Shown here: positions 52,702-64,000 of the stretch, one piece after another
Numbering within the stretch: the first letter of the stretch is position 1
Layout of the letters: every line of letters begins with the position of its first letter
Source of the DNA: Dimorphilus gyrociliatus
Lineage: Eukaryota; Animalia; Annelida
Assembly (NCBI GenBank): GCA_904063045.1
Contig: CAJFCJ010000008.1
Coordinates: 496,001 to 560,000 of the forward strand
DNA length: 64,000 bases
Direction: 5' to 3'
The notes under the pieces: model-generated
Databases searched by the model: none
The model's input: the letters and a program-made list of their open reading frames with translations, nothing else
Told to the model about the DNA's origin: nothing
Position numbers and translations under genes: made by a program

Positions 52702-54594
52702 ATGGCTGAAAAGAAAAGATCTTCATGTATATCAAAAAAATTGCGAAATCCTAATGATTTTCACATTAACTTTGTGAATATACCCAACTCTTTAAGATCT
52801 CCAAAAAAAAGACGAGATTCCTCTCCTAAACGCTTTAGTATTAACTCTTTAGATGATAGAGAGAAAAATAGAAATAATCCGTCTGAAACAAATCAACAAA
52901 TTGATTGGGAAAGTACATCAAATGTTATCGAATATTTTTTTAACGTTCTAAGAAAAGAACTACCTCCCGATTCACTATTTGACACTACTCAGACAGAAAT
53001 TCAAAGCAAGATAAAAAGTAGTCCTTCATCAAAATCTGAACATATCTTAAACCTTTTTAAAACTGATAAGGATTCAATAACAGAGAAGATTAATCAAATT
53101 ATTATTGAAGAAATTAGAAATCGTTTTTCTAGAGCCTATTTAGCAGTTTTAGATAAAATTCAATCGCCGAAAAAGTCAATTAAGGAACATAAAAAGGGAA
53201 TAAGCATTAAAGAATTGAAAGAATTGATACGGAATAGACTGGATTCTCCAAATGAAGTTAACAATTCTCAATGCTCCTGTTCAAAATGTTCATGTTCTTG
53301 TTCCTGTTGCGAAGGTGAAGCACGTACGAAGGAATCGAAGTATATTCGAAAATATCTATTAAAACGTTTGGAAGATCGAAAGATAATAGGTTCGAAAGAG
53401 AAGAATATTCCTTCGAAATATACTCGATCAGAATTTGAGAAAAGTATTCAACAAAAACTTGATTCAATCAATTTGAAATTGTCAAAGTTAAAAGAACATT
53501 TAGAAAATAAAGAAGCTAGTACTAATTTACTCGATAAAACTTATTCCATATTTTCTCATCAATCTAAACTCTTAAATGAATCAAGTGAAAATCGTAAAAA
53601 TATTAGAAAAGACGGTCTAAGATTGTCTACGTTATCAGATACTCAATTGGAAGATATAAAAACTTTCTTTTATCAAGAAGCTATTGGTAAATCGAAAAAA
53701 CTGTCATCAGACTTATGGAGCAACTTCTCTAGTTCGAAATTTGCTTCAGACAGCGGGAATCTTAAACCTTCTATTGAAATAAATAATAGACAACAGAGAG
53801 CGCGGGAAAATTCTTTGAAAAATTCTCGAGAATTTATTCATAAAAAGCATCACTCTAAAAGTAATAGATGGCTACGCGAAAGCTCCTCATCCATAAATAT
53901 AAAAGGTAGGAGTAGTAGACTGAAAGATGGAAGAAAAGTTACTCAAAGCATCAGTATACAGGCGAATAATAATCTATCGAAAGGGCATAAAATTCCATGT
54001 AAATAAAATGACTATAAATATTGAAAAATACCAATCAATACATCTTTGCAATATTTTTAGATTCTATCTTACAGGAGGATAGTAGCGATGATATAATTAA
54101 TTCCGAGGAGACAAGATTAGAGTTTTACTCACCATTACTGTCTTGGATGTTTTCTGGAGTAACGTTAACCTCTTCAGTAACTTCTTTAGAAACAGATAAT
54201 CAACTAGAACAAATGAATAATCCTAATTCTCAAATTATGGAGGAGGACAAGAAGGAATTTGAAAAGGAAACTACAAGCGATAAAGATTTATCAATAACCA
54301 TTGGAAAAGGGGAGGGAAATGTGAAAAAAAATGAAAATTCCTTATCAAAACAAGCAAAAGAAGTGGATAGAAATTCGAGTAAAAATGCTTTAAAAACAAA
54401 AAGGCATCTTTTATACAAATACAATAAATATTTCTATTTCTTTCTTTCCAGACTCTAAGTTACAACATTCAGAAATTATAGATACCCTTCCCAAGGCGGA
54501 AATTAGTAGCGATGAATCAGCAAGAAAAATAATTACTTTGCATAGTTTATCATCCTCTTGTGATGTAGATAATATATCTGAGTGCGTACCATAA
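52702..54594 (+). CDS. Orphan Ser/Lys-rich protein with a short Cys cluster, about 585 aa
   Basis: Exons 52702-53998, 54061-54378 and 54452-54594 join in phase. There is an alternative in-frame ATG at 52600. No family recognised. Confidence 0.6.
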
Positions 54595-54763
54595 TAATAA
54601 AGAAGTAATAAAAAAAAAGGGATTTGTCACTATCTTAATTAGAAGAGAAATAAGAAAAACAAATAAGAGTTGCGTTTATATTATTATTATCGAATTTTAA
54701 AGGAAACAATATGACCACCTCATTGTAAAATTCAAACTATTGGTAAGTTATTTGTGAAAACAG

Positions 54764-56351
54764 ATGAGTTTATTGAAATTTTCTGGCATTATGAACGATT
54801 TTGACGGTTTTGTTAATGTAATCGATAACGCTATAAAGAAATTTGAAATTTCTATAAATATCGACTACCTCACTAAAAATATCGACGAATATAAAGATTC
54901 ATTTGGTTTTCATCTGGTATTGTGTTTAAAACGTCATAAAAGGCTAATCGATAAGTTTAATGCTTTGCGTAATGAAGCCATAAGACTATTAATAGAAAAG
55001 AAAAGGAAAAGACAAAAAGAATTGATAAGAGATATGCAAAATGGAAGAAATATAGAAAATCAGTTTGATATTGGGCTTTTAAGTGAACAGTTTCTTTCAA
55101 GTAAACAAGTAAATTCTGTAGATTCTTTGAATCTTTCAAAGATTTATCAAAAACACAACATAAAAAGATTAAAGTCAATATCGTTAAATATCACTCCTAC
55201 TCCTTCTCCGTCAACAGAGGATTCATCTAAAACAGATCAAAGTAATAGATTCAATAGTTTTATGACTTTAAAAGATTCTCTATTTTATCGCTTTTTTAAC
55301 TGTTTCAGTGTCAATTAGAAGTAAAAGTTCTAGCGCTACAAATCTGTTAGAATGCATTGATATTTTAGATGAAGAGATTAATAGAATGTGGTTAAAATTA
55401 ACCGAAAGTACTAAGAGTATTCTAAGAATAATAATAAGAAATCCTCCAATTTACAATATTTATGTTAATAAATTTAATAATGGTGAAATTGAATATGACG
55501 AACAATGCGAAAATTTTCTACATAATATTTATCAGTTAAGAGATTTTTTCATTGCTCGTATTAAGAGTAGCTTTCAAAATAGACAAAATATGGTCTCTTA
55601 TACACAAAGTTTATGTAAAAGTATTGAACGAAATGAATTACAAATAAAGCAGTTCGAATTTGAATTGCAGAAGATTTTATATGAAAAAAATGATATTTTA
55701 AAACTTAAAAATAATATTATAAGAAATTTAGAGGCACGAACTTCAAATTTCGAAAGAAGAGAGAAGGAAAAGTTGAAAGAAAATAGCTATCAATTGGAAA
55801 AGAAAGAAAAATTTATTACAGTTGAACCATATAGAAGGAGAAGAGATAGATATCGTGCAGAAATAATTGAACTTCGATCTTGTTATTACGAGATAAGGCA
55901 AGAAAATTGGTCTATAGAACATAATTTGAGACAAAAGAGACTGAAGCTAATCGAAGAAGTAAGTTTCAGGGAAAAAAATTTTATTTTTAAGATTTCGACT
56001 TTAAACTATATCTTCCGATTGTAGATAAGTAATTGGATCACAAGATATGACGAAGATATGAACTTTAGACAAATGAAGTATGATGATGTAACAGAAAAAT
56101 ATAAGCTACAGATAGAAGCTCAGATAAATTTGGAAGAGAGACTAAAATATCTTTTAGAAAGCTACTCCAATATTGTTAATAGGAAAGCACTCGAAAGAGA
56201 GGCAATAGGAGTAAACCTCAGAGAGAACGACTTAAGACAAAGAGCTGCGTCAAAACTTCAGGCAGTTTGGCGAAGCTATAGGCTTAGAAAAATATTGCAT
56301 TTAAAAGCAAAAACTGCTGATAAAACTCGTTCAAGAAAGAAGAAATACTAG
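54764..56351 (+). CDS. IQCD: IQ domain-containing protein D / dynein regulatory complex subunit 10, 484 aa
   Basis: Exons 54764-55241, 55309-55958 and 56025-56351. N-terminal VIDNAIKKFE; coiled coil LIEEISNWITRYDEDM; IQ motif AASKLQAVWRSYRLRK; basic tail. Confidence 0.75.
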
Positions 56352-56953
56352 ATTATTTACTAAACAGAAATAAAAAATACGTTCAACAAACCAATTAGTT
56401 TTTCTTAACTTTATTCTGTCTTACGACTTACAATTCACAAATACAATAATGGAAGATAAATAACACTTAACGTTTACTTTAAAACCAGTTATTTAAGGCT
56501 TATTGTCTTGAGAGAAAGATTCGAAAGACTTTTTTTTTGCATTTGAAAAAAAATTAATTTCATAGAAAATGCATTTCTAATAAATTTTTTAAAGGTTTCT
56601 CACTGTTTGACTCAAAACTTTACAATGTTAACAAAAAACAAAAGTATATAGTAAAGATTTAAACGGCATTTAAGGTATCATGCAAATTAACAAATAATAA
56701 ATTAACCACTCTTTAGGTTCAAAATAATCAATGACTTTACAGTTGAAGATATGTATCACATACATTCTTATTTGCTATAGTAACGTATAAAAAATAATAA
56801 AGTTTTGGCTTACGCAAACTCAGCGAACCAAAACAACTAAATTTCCATTGTCTGCTATGAAATTATCAAATGATTGACTAAACTATAAAGATCTGCTGGC
56901 AAAACATCTCAACAGAATTTAAAAATTGCGTAAAACTTCGCAGGAAATCAGTT

Positions 56954-58030
56954 TTAACAGACACGACCAGATCGAAGAAGTCGAGAAGCAGGCTGCTGAT
57001 TATTTAGCCTCTTTCGCTTTGGACGTTGAACAAATACATCTTCATCTGATGTTGGTGGTGTTGGTGGATTGTAAGAGAGTTGAACAATTTCATCAGCCGC
57101 CTTCTTAAAAACGCCACTGGCTTCTAAAAGTTGAACCTTTTTTCTTTTCTCTTTTTCTCCTAGCATGGAAATTAAAAGTTTTGAAATTTTTTGGTTAACT
57201 TTCAACTTAAATTTAGACAAGATATTTTTTCCGATTAAATCTTTTAAAACATCATTGTGAATTTGTTGCAATAGCTCCTTGACATCCTGTGTGCTAGTAT
57301 CTGTTAAAAGAACGCAAATCGTAACACCACATGCAAAAATATCAATGAGTTGGTCGTAGGTTGTACCAATTTTTATTAATTCAGGTGCTTGATAACCTTG
57401 TGTACCATTACAATCCTCTGTCCAGATTCTTTTTAACTTTGAGGGAAGTTTTTTAGTCATACTAAAGTCAATGAGACATATATCTAAATCAGATATTTCA
57501 TTTCTGTCTTTCTTCTGAATATGTTTTATCAAAATGTTTTCTGGTTTTAGATCATGGTGAACAATATCATTGCTATGAAGAAAATGTAAAATTCTTAATA
57601 GTTTACTCGTTACTTCATAAACTAGTTCTCTTTTCATTCCATACTTCTTTTTGAAAGACAATAAATCACTTATACCTTTCTCCATTAGCAAGCAATACTT
57701 GTCATTCAAAACGGTTAATCCAAAAAAGCGAATAAAGAAGTTTGAAAAAGTAGGATGATTATGATATAAAGAAACAAGTATTTCAGTTTCTGACATGATA
57801 TACTTGAGAGATTCATCATTGTTGCAGTTATACTGCTTTATTGCACAGGGTAAAACTAATCCACAATTTGTGCGTATTTGACCACTGAAAACAGTTGACT
57901 CTCCTCCAGTTTTTAATTCTTCAGTAATCGTAACGCAGTCACTTTTGAAATACTGAATTTCAACTGATCCAAGTTTTTCTTCCAGCTTCTCAATCTTAGA
58001 TTTAAGCAGTTCTGCAATTTTTGAAACAAG
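56954..58030 (-). CDS. Divergent Ser/Thr protein kinase; 5' end uncertain, probably with further exon(s) near 58200-58310
   Basis: The frame is open from an AG acceptor at 58030 and contains LKTGGESTVF (Gly loop), CAIK, SETE (alpha-C Glu), HHDLKPEN, DFS, GTQGYQAPE and DIFACGV. Confidence 0.8.
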   Translation of the reverse strand, partial: LVSKIAELLKSKIEKLEEKLGSVEIQYFKSDCVTITEELKTGGESTVFSGQIRTNCGLVLPCAIKQYNCNNDESLKYIMSETEILVSLYHNHPTFSNFFIRFFGLTVLNDKYCLLMEKGISDLLSFKKKYGMKRELVYEVTSKLLRILHFLHSNDIVHHDLKPENILIKHIQKKDRNEISDLDICLIDFSMTKKLPSKLKRIWTEDCNGTQGYQAPELIKIGTTYDQLIDIFACGVTICVLLTDTSTQDVKELLQQIHNDVLKDLIGKNILSKFKLKVNQKISKLLISMLGEKEKRKKVQLLEASGVFKKAADEIVQLSYNPPTPPTSDEDVFVQRPKRKRLNNQQPASRLLRSGRVC

Positions 58031-58393
58031 CTAATAATTTATTTATCTTAATGCATGCTATAATAGTGAGTTCGAGAAAATGTTCTCAAAAAGAAAGTAG
58101 AACATTCACATATTATCGTTAATTTTATTTAAGGCACGGAAATATTGCTCTTTTACTATTTTAAATGGGGTAAACGGCTTTTCACTAGGTTTCCTTACCT
58201 TCCATATCGAGCCCTGCTGTGTGAAATCCCGATTGTGGTTCAAATAGCTGTGATACTCGGCAATTATTTTTTTCACTTTCCGCTCTAACGGTTGTTTTCT
58301 TTGAACAGTTCTCTACAAAAAAATATGGACAGTGCACTTTATTAGAACGCGTTTTATTTTTCGAGCGTTCCGTTTCCTGTGACGTCATACATA

Positions 58394-58406
58394 GTTGCTA
58401 AACGGC
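58394..58406. promoter_or_regulatory. RFX X-box-like site just upstream of the ARL3 ATG, next to a CRE
   Basis: GTTGCT-A-AACGGC, with TGACGTCA at 58380-58387. Confidence 0.3.
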
Positions 58407-58412
58407 CAAACT

Positions 58413-59371
58413 ATGGTAAAAAGTTGCTGTTTACTTCTTAATTATCTTAAATATTATATTTATAGGAGAATTTAAATTATGTGTCATAAATTATTTTTGA
58501 TAATCGACACATATTGATGCGTATCAAGTTGTATTCGATTAAATAATGACTAAGTTTGTGATATCGTCATAATAACTCGTATAAACGTTGCCAACAGGGC
58601 CTTCTGTCTATGCTCCGGCGCCTCAAATCTCAACCTGACAAAGAACTGAGAATTTTATTGCTTGGATTAGATAACGCTGGTAAAACAACTCTACTAAAGA
58701 AGTTAGCCTCGGAAGATGTTAGCCACATAACGCCAACACATGGGTTTAACATCAAGTCTGTCTCATCAAACGGCTTCAAATTAAACGTATGGGATATTGG
58801 TGGACAGCGAAAAATTCGACCGTACTGGCGAAATTACTTTGAAAATACAGACGTTCTTATATATGTCATTGATTCGTCTGATAGGAAGAGATTGGACGAG
58901 ACAGGCGTAGAATTGAGAGAATTGTTTGATGAGGTACTAATCGTAATAGGGATTTAAATATCGTTAGTTACGTATAAATTTTTAATCGATCAGGAAAAAT
59001 TGGCTGGTGTTCCTGTCGTCGTGTATGCCAACAAGCAGGATTTATTTGATGCGGCTCCACCTGATGAAATTAGCGATAGTTTAGAATTATTATCTCTAAG
59101 AGATCGAGCATGGCATATACAGGCTTGTTCAGCGTTGACAGGGGAAGGAGTAACGGTAATTAGTCTAATAGTTTTTTCATATCAGCAGTGTCATGTTATC
59201 ACCTGAGGTTTTGTAATCGATCTTAATATATTATAACAGGAAGCATTAATATGACACTTGAGACATTTTTTTATGATTAGCCATTAATGTGTATTCAACT
59301 GTTTTTTTTTTTGTAATTTACAGGAAGGTATGGAGTGGGCAATGAAAACTGTCGGTAGAAAGAAGAAGTAA
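58413..59371 (+). CDS. ARL3: ADP-ribosylation factor-like GTPase 3, 182 aa
   Basis: An ATG-only first coding exon (58413-58415) followed by 58598-58933, 58994-59155 and 59324-59371. Motifs [18 protein letters not shown] and SA. Confidence 0.93.
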
Positions 59372-59705
59372 TCGAGCATTTTTTATGTGCACATGTACAG
59401 GCTTTGAAAATTCACTCGCTGACATATCAAAAAAACTATTTTTCTTCCTGTTTGTTTCAAATCTATGTCGTTGTTTTCCGTCCAAATATCTAGAAATTTT
59501 AATTGTCACACTTTTTTTTTAATATTTAGTCATACGAGTGTAATTTTTTAACTATACATTGAAGACAGAAGAATACTGTACACAATAATATTAAATTTCA
59601 ACTTTGAACTTTTACCTATAATCCTACTAGGCAATCACTTAATTCAACTTTAAACGTTCATCAAAATAGATTTGCTAAGTGATTTTTGGGGAAATGTTTA
59701 ATTTA

Positions 59706-61525
59706 TTAATTTGCTGCTTCTCTGCGGATCTGTGCTAGAACTGCAGTCATAAACTCTAAGGTTGTCGCATATCCACCCATATCCTGAGTTCGTACTTTTC
59801 CTGATTTGATAACGTGTTCCACGCTATTGCGAATCGCTTGCGCAGACTTGTCCAGATTAATATGATGTAATAAGTTAGAGGTACATAATAAAATAGCTGT
59901 TGGGTTCGCCAAATTTTTACCAACAGCTTCGGCAAAAGCATGTCTTGCTCCAGGCTCAAACACAGCGACTTTTTTGCTATAACTCTCTCCTGGAACAACA
60001 CCTGCTCCTCCAACCAAACCAGAGGCCAGATTATCCAAAATATTGCCATATAAATTGGGCATAACCATAACATCAAATTGGTTAGGGTTTGATACTAACT
60101 GCATACAGCAGTTGTCAATGATGAGATTGTCAAACTCAATATGAGGGTAAAGTTTGGAAACTTCATGACAGCAATCCAAAAAGAGGCCGTCTCCTAGTTT
60201 CATAATGTTAGCCTTGTGAACGGCTGTGACCTTCTTTCTATTGTGACGAGTTGCATAGTCAAAAGCAAATCGAGCGATTCTTTCAGAGTTTTTTTTTGTA
60301 ATTATTTTAAGTGATTCTATGACTCCTGGTACAGATTCATGTTCTAAAGCAGAATATTCTCCCTCAGTTTGCTCCCGAATGATGACAACATCGATATCTT
60401 TATGCCTATTGATTTGAAAAAAAATCGATTAAATAATTACTGTTATTGAAACCTTTAAACTGAACTAAACCTAGTTTCAAATCCGGGTACGGATTTAACA
60501 CGGACAACGTTCGCAAAAAGATCTAGTCCTCTTCTAATTCTCATATTAAGGGTTGCTAGTAGGCCCTCGGCTCCAACGGTATGAGGGGAAGAAATAATTC
60601 CCTTAAGACAAACTTTTGTAGCATGACAAGAGTCCAAAACTTCTTTAACATCAGCTCCGAAACCTTGAGATGCTCCAGTTTCAGATGCCCATATAACTCT
60701 CCAATCAATACCTGCACCAGCAGCTTCACAAGCTTCTTTTACATAATTCATTAATTCAGGAAATACGCCATCGCCAGGGATCATAGTTACTTGGTGCCGC
60801 TTCTATACCGTTAAAAACATAGATATAATAGATAAATTACCACTATTATACAATAAATAGTAGATCGAAAAGAATAATATATATTTACCAAATTGAATGA
60901 TGCTGGAGTTGTCTGTAAGGCTCTAACAAATTGTAGATTAGATGTTGTTGCCTATAAAATATAAGATAAATAAAATTATGGAATTTGAATTCTATATATT
61001 AGAACCGACATGAATTTTAACAATATGTAAAAGATTGCTTATTTTAATAATTATAATTAGCTTTAAGAAATTCTGTCAGAGTATAGGAGTTGGTTTAATA
61101 CAATTTATTGTTTTTGTTTCTTTTTTTAAACATATCTAGTTTTAATAGTTATCAATCAAACATGTGACCGTCTTTGGAGGCGTCAATAAAATCGATAATT
61201 TGCATTTCAATTTCATGTTAATCGAACGAAAATTAAAATGCCAACTTTTTCTGTAAATCAATAACATACTATTGCTTTTTGAATGATTCGGTCATATTGT
61301 GGCTGGTTTTTTTTTCAACTAGGAATAAGTACGACGTAAAAGAACTCATCGAAACTTGGAGAGGTCATAGAATTGATGATAAAATTAGATTAGAAAACGA
61401 TCTCGTCATGTACTTTGGTTTTCCAGTTTATATAAAACTAGATATTGCATATCATATTAATGTATAAGATTATTTAATAAAAAGTATACCTTCATGACAT
61501 GAGAAAGTCTTTTTAAAGCCGCCAT
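59706..61525 (-). CDS. IDH3B: NAD-dependent isocitrate dehydrogenase subunit beta, mitochondrial
   Basis: Motifs [61 protein letters not shown] and [10 protein letters not shown]. The transit peptide is in small 5' exons starting [12 protein letters not shown]. Confidence 0.88.
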
Positions 61526-62443
61526 GTTGTAGTTAATGATAGCAGATTACGCAAGTAATGACAGAACATAGTAGTTATAAACTAATTTGATAGTAAACAT
61601 ATTCCAATATTACTTAAATAGCATGTAAAGTGAAAATAATGTTAGTCTATTATATTTTATTCCCTATGTTAAAGTATTTGTTAACGTATAATATTGTGAG
61701 CGAAAACTCTATATAAAGTTTTAAGCTATAAACGTTTTCATAAACATTGCTAACTCTCCTAAGATAAGCTATGATTGTTAGCTTACGTAATGTTAACTAA
61801 AATCACATATATAATTATAGGGTAGAGTATACTCTTACTAATAGGAAAGTTAAAGTTCTCTTTGTAATTTTATTCTCAATTATTCTACTGGAATAATAAA
61901 TAAGTAACAATATTGCAAAGAGTTAGACTTTCAATTAATTATTTTCTCTTATATTTATATTTCACAGGTTATTTATAAAAAATTAAGATCAGGTCTACAA
62001 ACAAAGAGAAGTTTAAAGTATTACTACTTAAATGTGTATACAAAATGACCGACCCACATAGACAGGCAATTGAATCATCATAAGGTGAATATGATTTATA
62101 TTTCGTCAAAATGAAAAATCTATGTTAAATGTGTAAAAATAAAGTATTAGATCCGAAAACTTATTAGTATATAAGTAAAATCTTTTAATAAAACTCTCCA
62201 TGTTGTAGTTATGGTCACAAAGATTATATTATATAACAATAGAGAATATGGATAAACTTGTAAAATAAAATAGTCTGTTGTAATTGCACAATTTGTATTA
62301 AATCTAATATTTTTCAAAAGCAATCCATCAAAATGAATACATTAAGCTTCATGAAGTAAAAATATCAATTTAAAACTAATTCTAGTAAGCAGAAAATTGT
62401 AGAATCATCGCAGGCAAAAATTTAAATAATTGAAAGATGTCTC

Positions 62444-63604
62444 CTATGGCCTGACATATCTTCCAAAGAACAAGGGTGTTCCAGAAGACGAATGCACAAT
62501 TGAAAATAAGAAAGGCCTGTTAGCCCTAAATTCTGGATTGACTGCGGCACATCTAAGACTCATTACAGCAGCAGTTGCGGCGGCTGCTTCACTACCTTCC
62601 TCATTTACTTCCAAGAATGCTTTATGTACTGCACTGCTTACAAAAAGATCCTTGGTACCTGTCATAAGGCTAAGATCAGCAAGCTTTTCGTCAAAAACGT
62701 CTTTGAGACCTAGTTGGGGCAAAACGGCTTCTAATTCAAGTTTTGTTTCCAGGCGAAACTTTGGGAAAAAAACAGAAATTTTCTCCTCAGTATACGAGAA
62801 ATGACCTCGCATGTTGGATAGTATATCAATATTCAATTTGTTTTGCAATTCATTCAAAGCGAACAGTCCACCTTGCTGGTGAGGCAAAGGTAGGAATACA
62901 AGCATCTTGAAGTTTGGATTTTTGTAAGGAAGCTCAAGAACTTGGATATTTAGATTCGAGCTATAGCCAAGTCGATACTTTCCAGATCTATACATCATTC
63001 GCGTTTCTACCTTTTCGTCTTTAGTGATCATGAAATTCATAATTTGAGTAGCCCGTTCGTCAAATTTTTCAGCCCAATCAGCTTTGAAATAGACTGCATT
63101 TACAAGTATCATACGAGTAAGTGCAGTAACTGCATCCTCCTTTAAAAGATTCTTGATTTTACCCTTTGTTATATCTTCAACCCATTTATTCAAATCTTGA
63201 ACTATTTTGCTCTTTTCAGATGATGCAAAATTCACTCTAATTGGGTCTTGTTCGTAGAAATTTTTCAGACTGTGTATAAAATCTTGTAGAAAAGTATACT
63301 TCTCTTGTGCAAGAATTCTATTGGCAACATTCAATTCAATGTTATTCTGTCCTCTAAAAAGTTTCGAAATTTCAAGCATTTCCTTGTGAACATCTTCAGT
63401 ACTGTTGAAAGACCCAAAACTGAATATATCTTCTAGTTGTTTTTGTGATTCACCGGCAGATCCAAGAAAAATCATTCCAAAAACGGTTGACAGTGATATA
63501 GGACTGAAAAATATATTTTCAGTATCCTTAGATAAATGCTTTAAAAGGCATAAAGAAAAGTTTAAGTTAGCCGTAGCTAGGTTTGAAGTAACACACGAAG
63601 CCAT
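62444..63604 (-). CDS. Intracellular inhibitory serpin (clade B-like); no intron in the CDS
   Basis: No signal peptide. Motifs NIFFSPISL and MILVNAVYFKADW; hinge/RCL EEGSEAAAATAAVMSLRCA; serpin signature FRANRPFLF. Predicted P1-P1' is Arg-Cys. Confidence 0.93.
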   Translation of the reverse strand: MASCVTSNLATANLNFSLCLLKHLSKDTENIFFSPISLSTVFGMIFLGSAGESQKQLEDIFSFGSFNSTEDVHKEMLEISKLFRGQNNIELNVANRILAQEKYTFLQDFIHSLKNFYEQDPIRVNFASSEKSKIVQDLNKWVEDITKGKIKNLLKEDAVTALTRMILVNAVYFKADWAEKFDERATQIMNFMITKDEKVETRMMYRSGKYRLGYSSNLNIQVLELPYKNPNFKMLVFLPLPHQQGGLFALNELQNKLNIDILSNMRGHFSYTEEKISVFFPKFRLETKLELEAVLPQLGLKDVFDEKLADLSLMTGTKDLFVSSAVHKAFLEVNEEGSEAAAATAAVMSLRCAAVNPEFRANRPFLFSIVHSSSGTPLFFGRYVRP

Positions 63605-64000
63605 TTTGTTTCTCCTACTAATATCTGATAAGAACTGCAGTTGTCAGGTAAAATCGATTATTATCAGGAAGAGATTTTTTTATGAATATTTATGATTTAT
63701 GTACACGTAGAGGTCCATATTTCGTAATATGTCATAAGAAGAGTAATATTGAATTGTGTTAGCCTATGTTTATAAGTCGCGAAAAGAGGGATTCGAACGA
63801 AACTTAGAAAGGTCTTTCGTAATCATACCATAAATTAATGTTTCCGTACATTCTAAACGTAATAGTACTGATCTCTGCAAACACAGATAAAAAGATATAT
63901 ACTTATTTCTTAGCTTTCCTAAACTTTAAAAAGTTAACTCCTAAAAGAATACATATAAATTGTATTAGATTTATTTGGTCTTTAAAGTTAGATAAGAGTT

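Noticed and set aside
54743-54763. 21-nt GTAAGT...CAG element directly before the IQCD ATG (micro-intron or trans-splice acceptor)
   Set aside because: Too short compared with the 49-nt or longer introns seen elsewhere in the window, and no evidence for spliced-leader trans-splicing is available from sequence.
58185-58388. 67-aa minus-strand ORF MTSQETER... as the first kinase exon
   Set aside because: Its donor phase does not match the kinase exon at 58030, and its ATG lies inside a CRE promoter motif.

Overview
AT-rich, extremely gene-dense animal genomic DNA with mostly 50-90 nt GT-AG introns. This resembles a compacted invertebrate genome such as a miniature annelid, but the taxon is inferred, not shown by the sequence. 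I could build about 24 protein-coding genes by hand-splicing: the 3' part of DYNC2H1, MRPL17, a CCDC160-like gene, a Pol mu/TdT-type X-family polymerase, MGST1, ASZ1/GASZ, NDUFA12, PGM3, a very long HSPA12, a winged-helix/double-PHD/SAM chromatin protein, TSEN15 (fragmented in the ORF track), DZANK1, ELOVL6, SMUG1, APH1, a BTB protein, IQCD/DRC10, a divergent kinase, ARL3, IDH3B, an intracellular serpin and three orphan ORFs. I found no tRNA, rRNA, CRISPR array or recognisable transposon. The most notable observations are: (1) an invertebrate X-family polymerase that mixes TdT-like and Pol mu-like specificity motifs and carries an 80-aa insert; (2) a KAT6-like WH+DPF module joined to a SAM domain with no acetyltransferase domain; (3) a 24-nt tail-to-tail coding overlap between MRPL17 and the CCDC160-like gene; (4) recurrent CTCF-like motifs at gene boundaries; (5) a possible unannotated mini-exon gene on the minus strand near 36.3-37.2 kb. 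Comparisons to human proteins are from memory and need confirmation by alignment.
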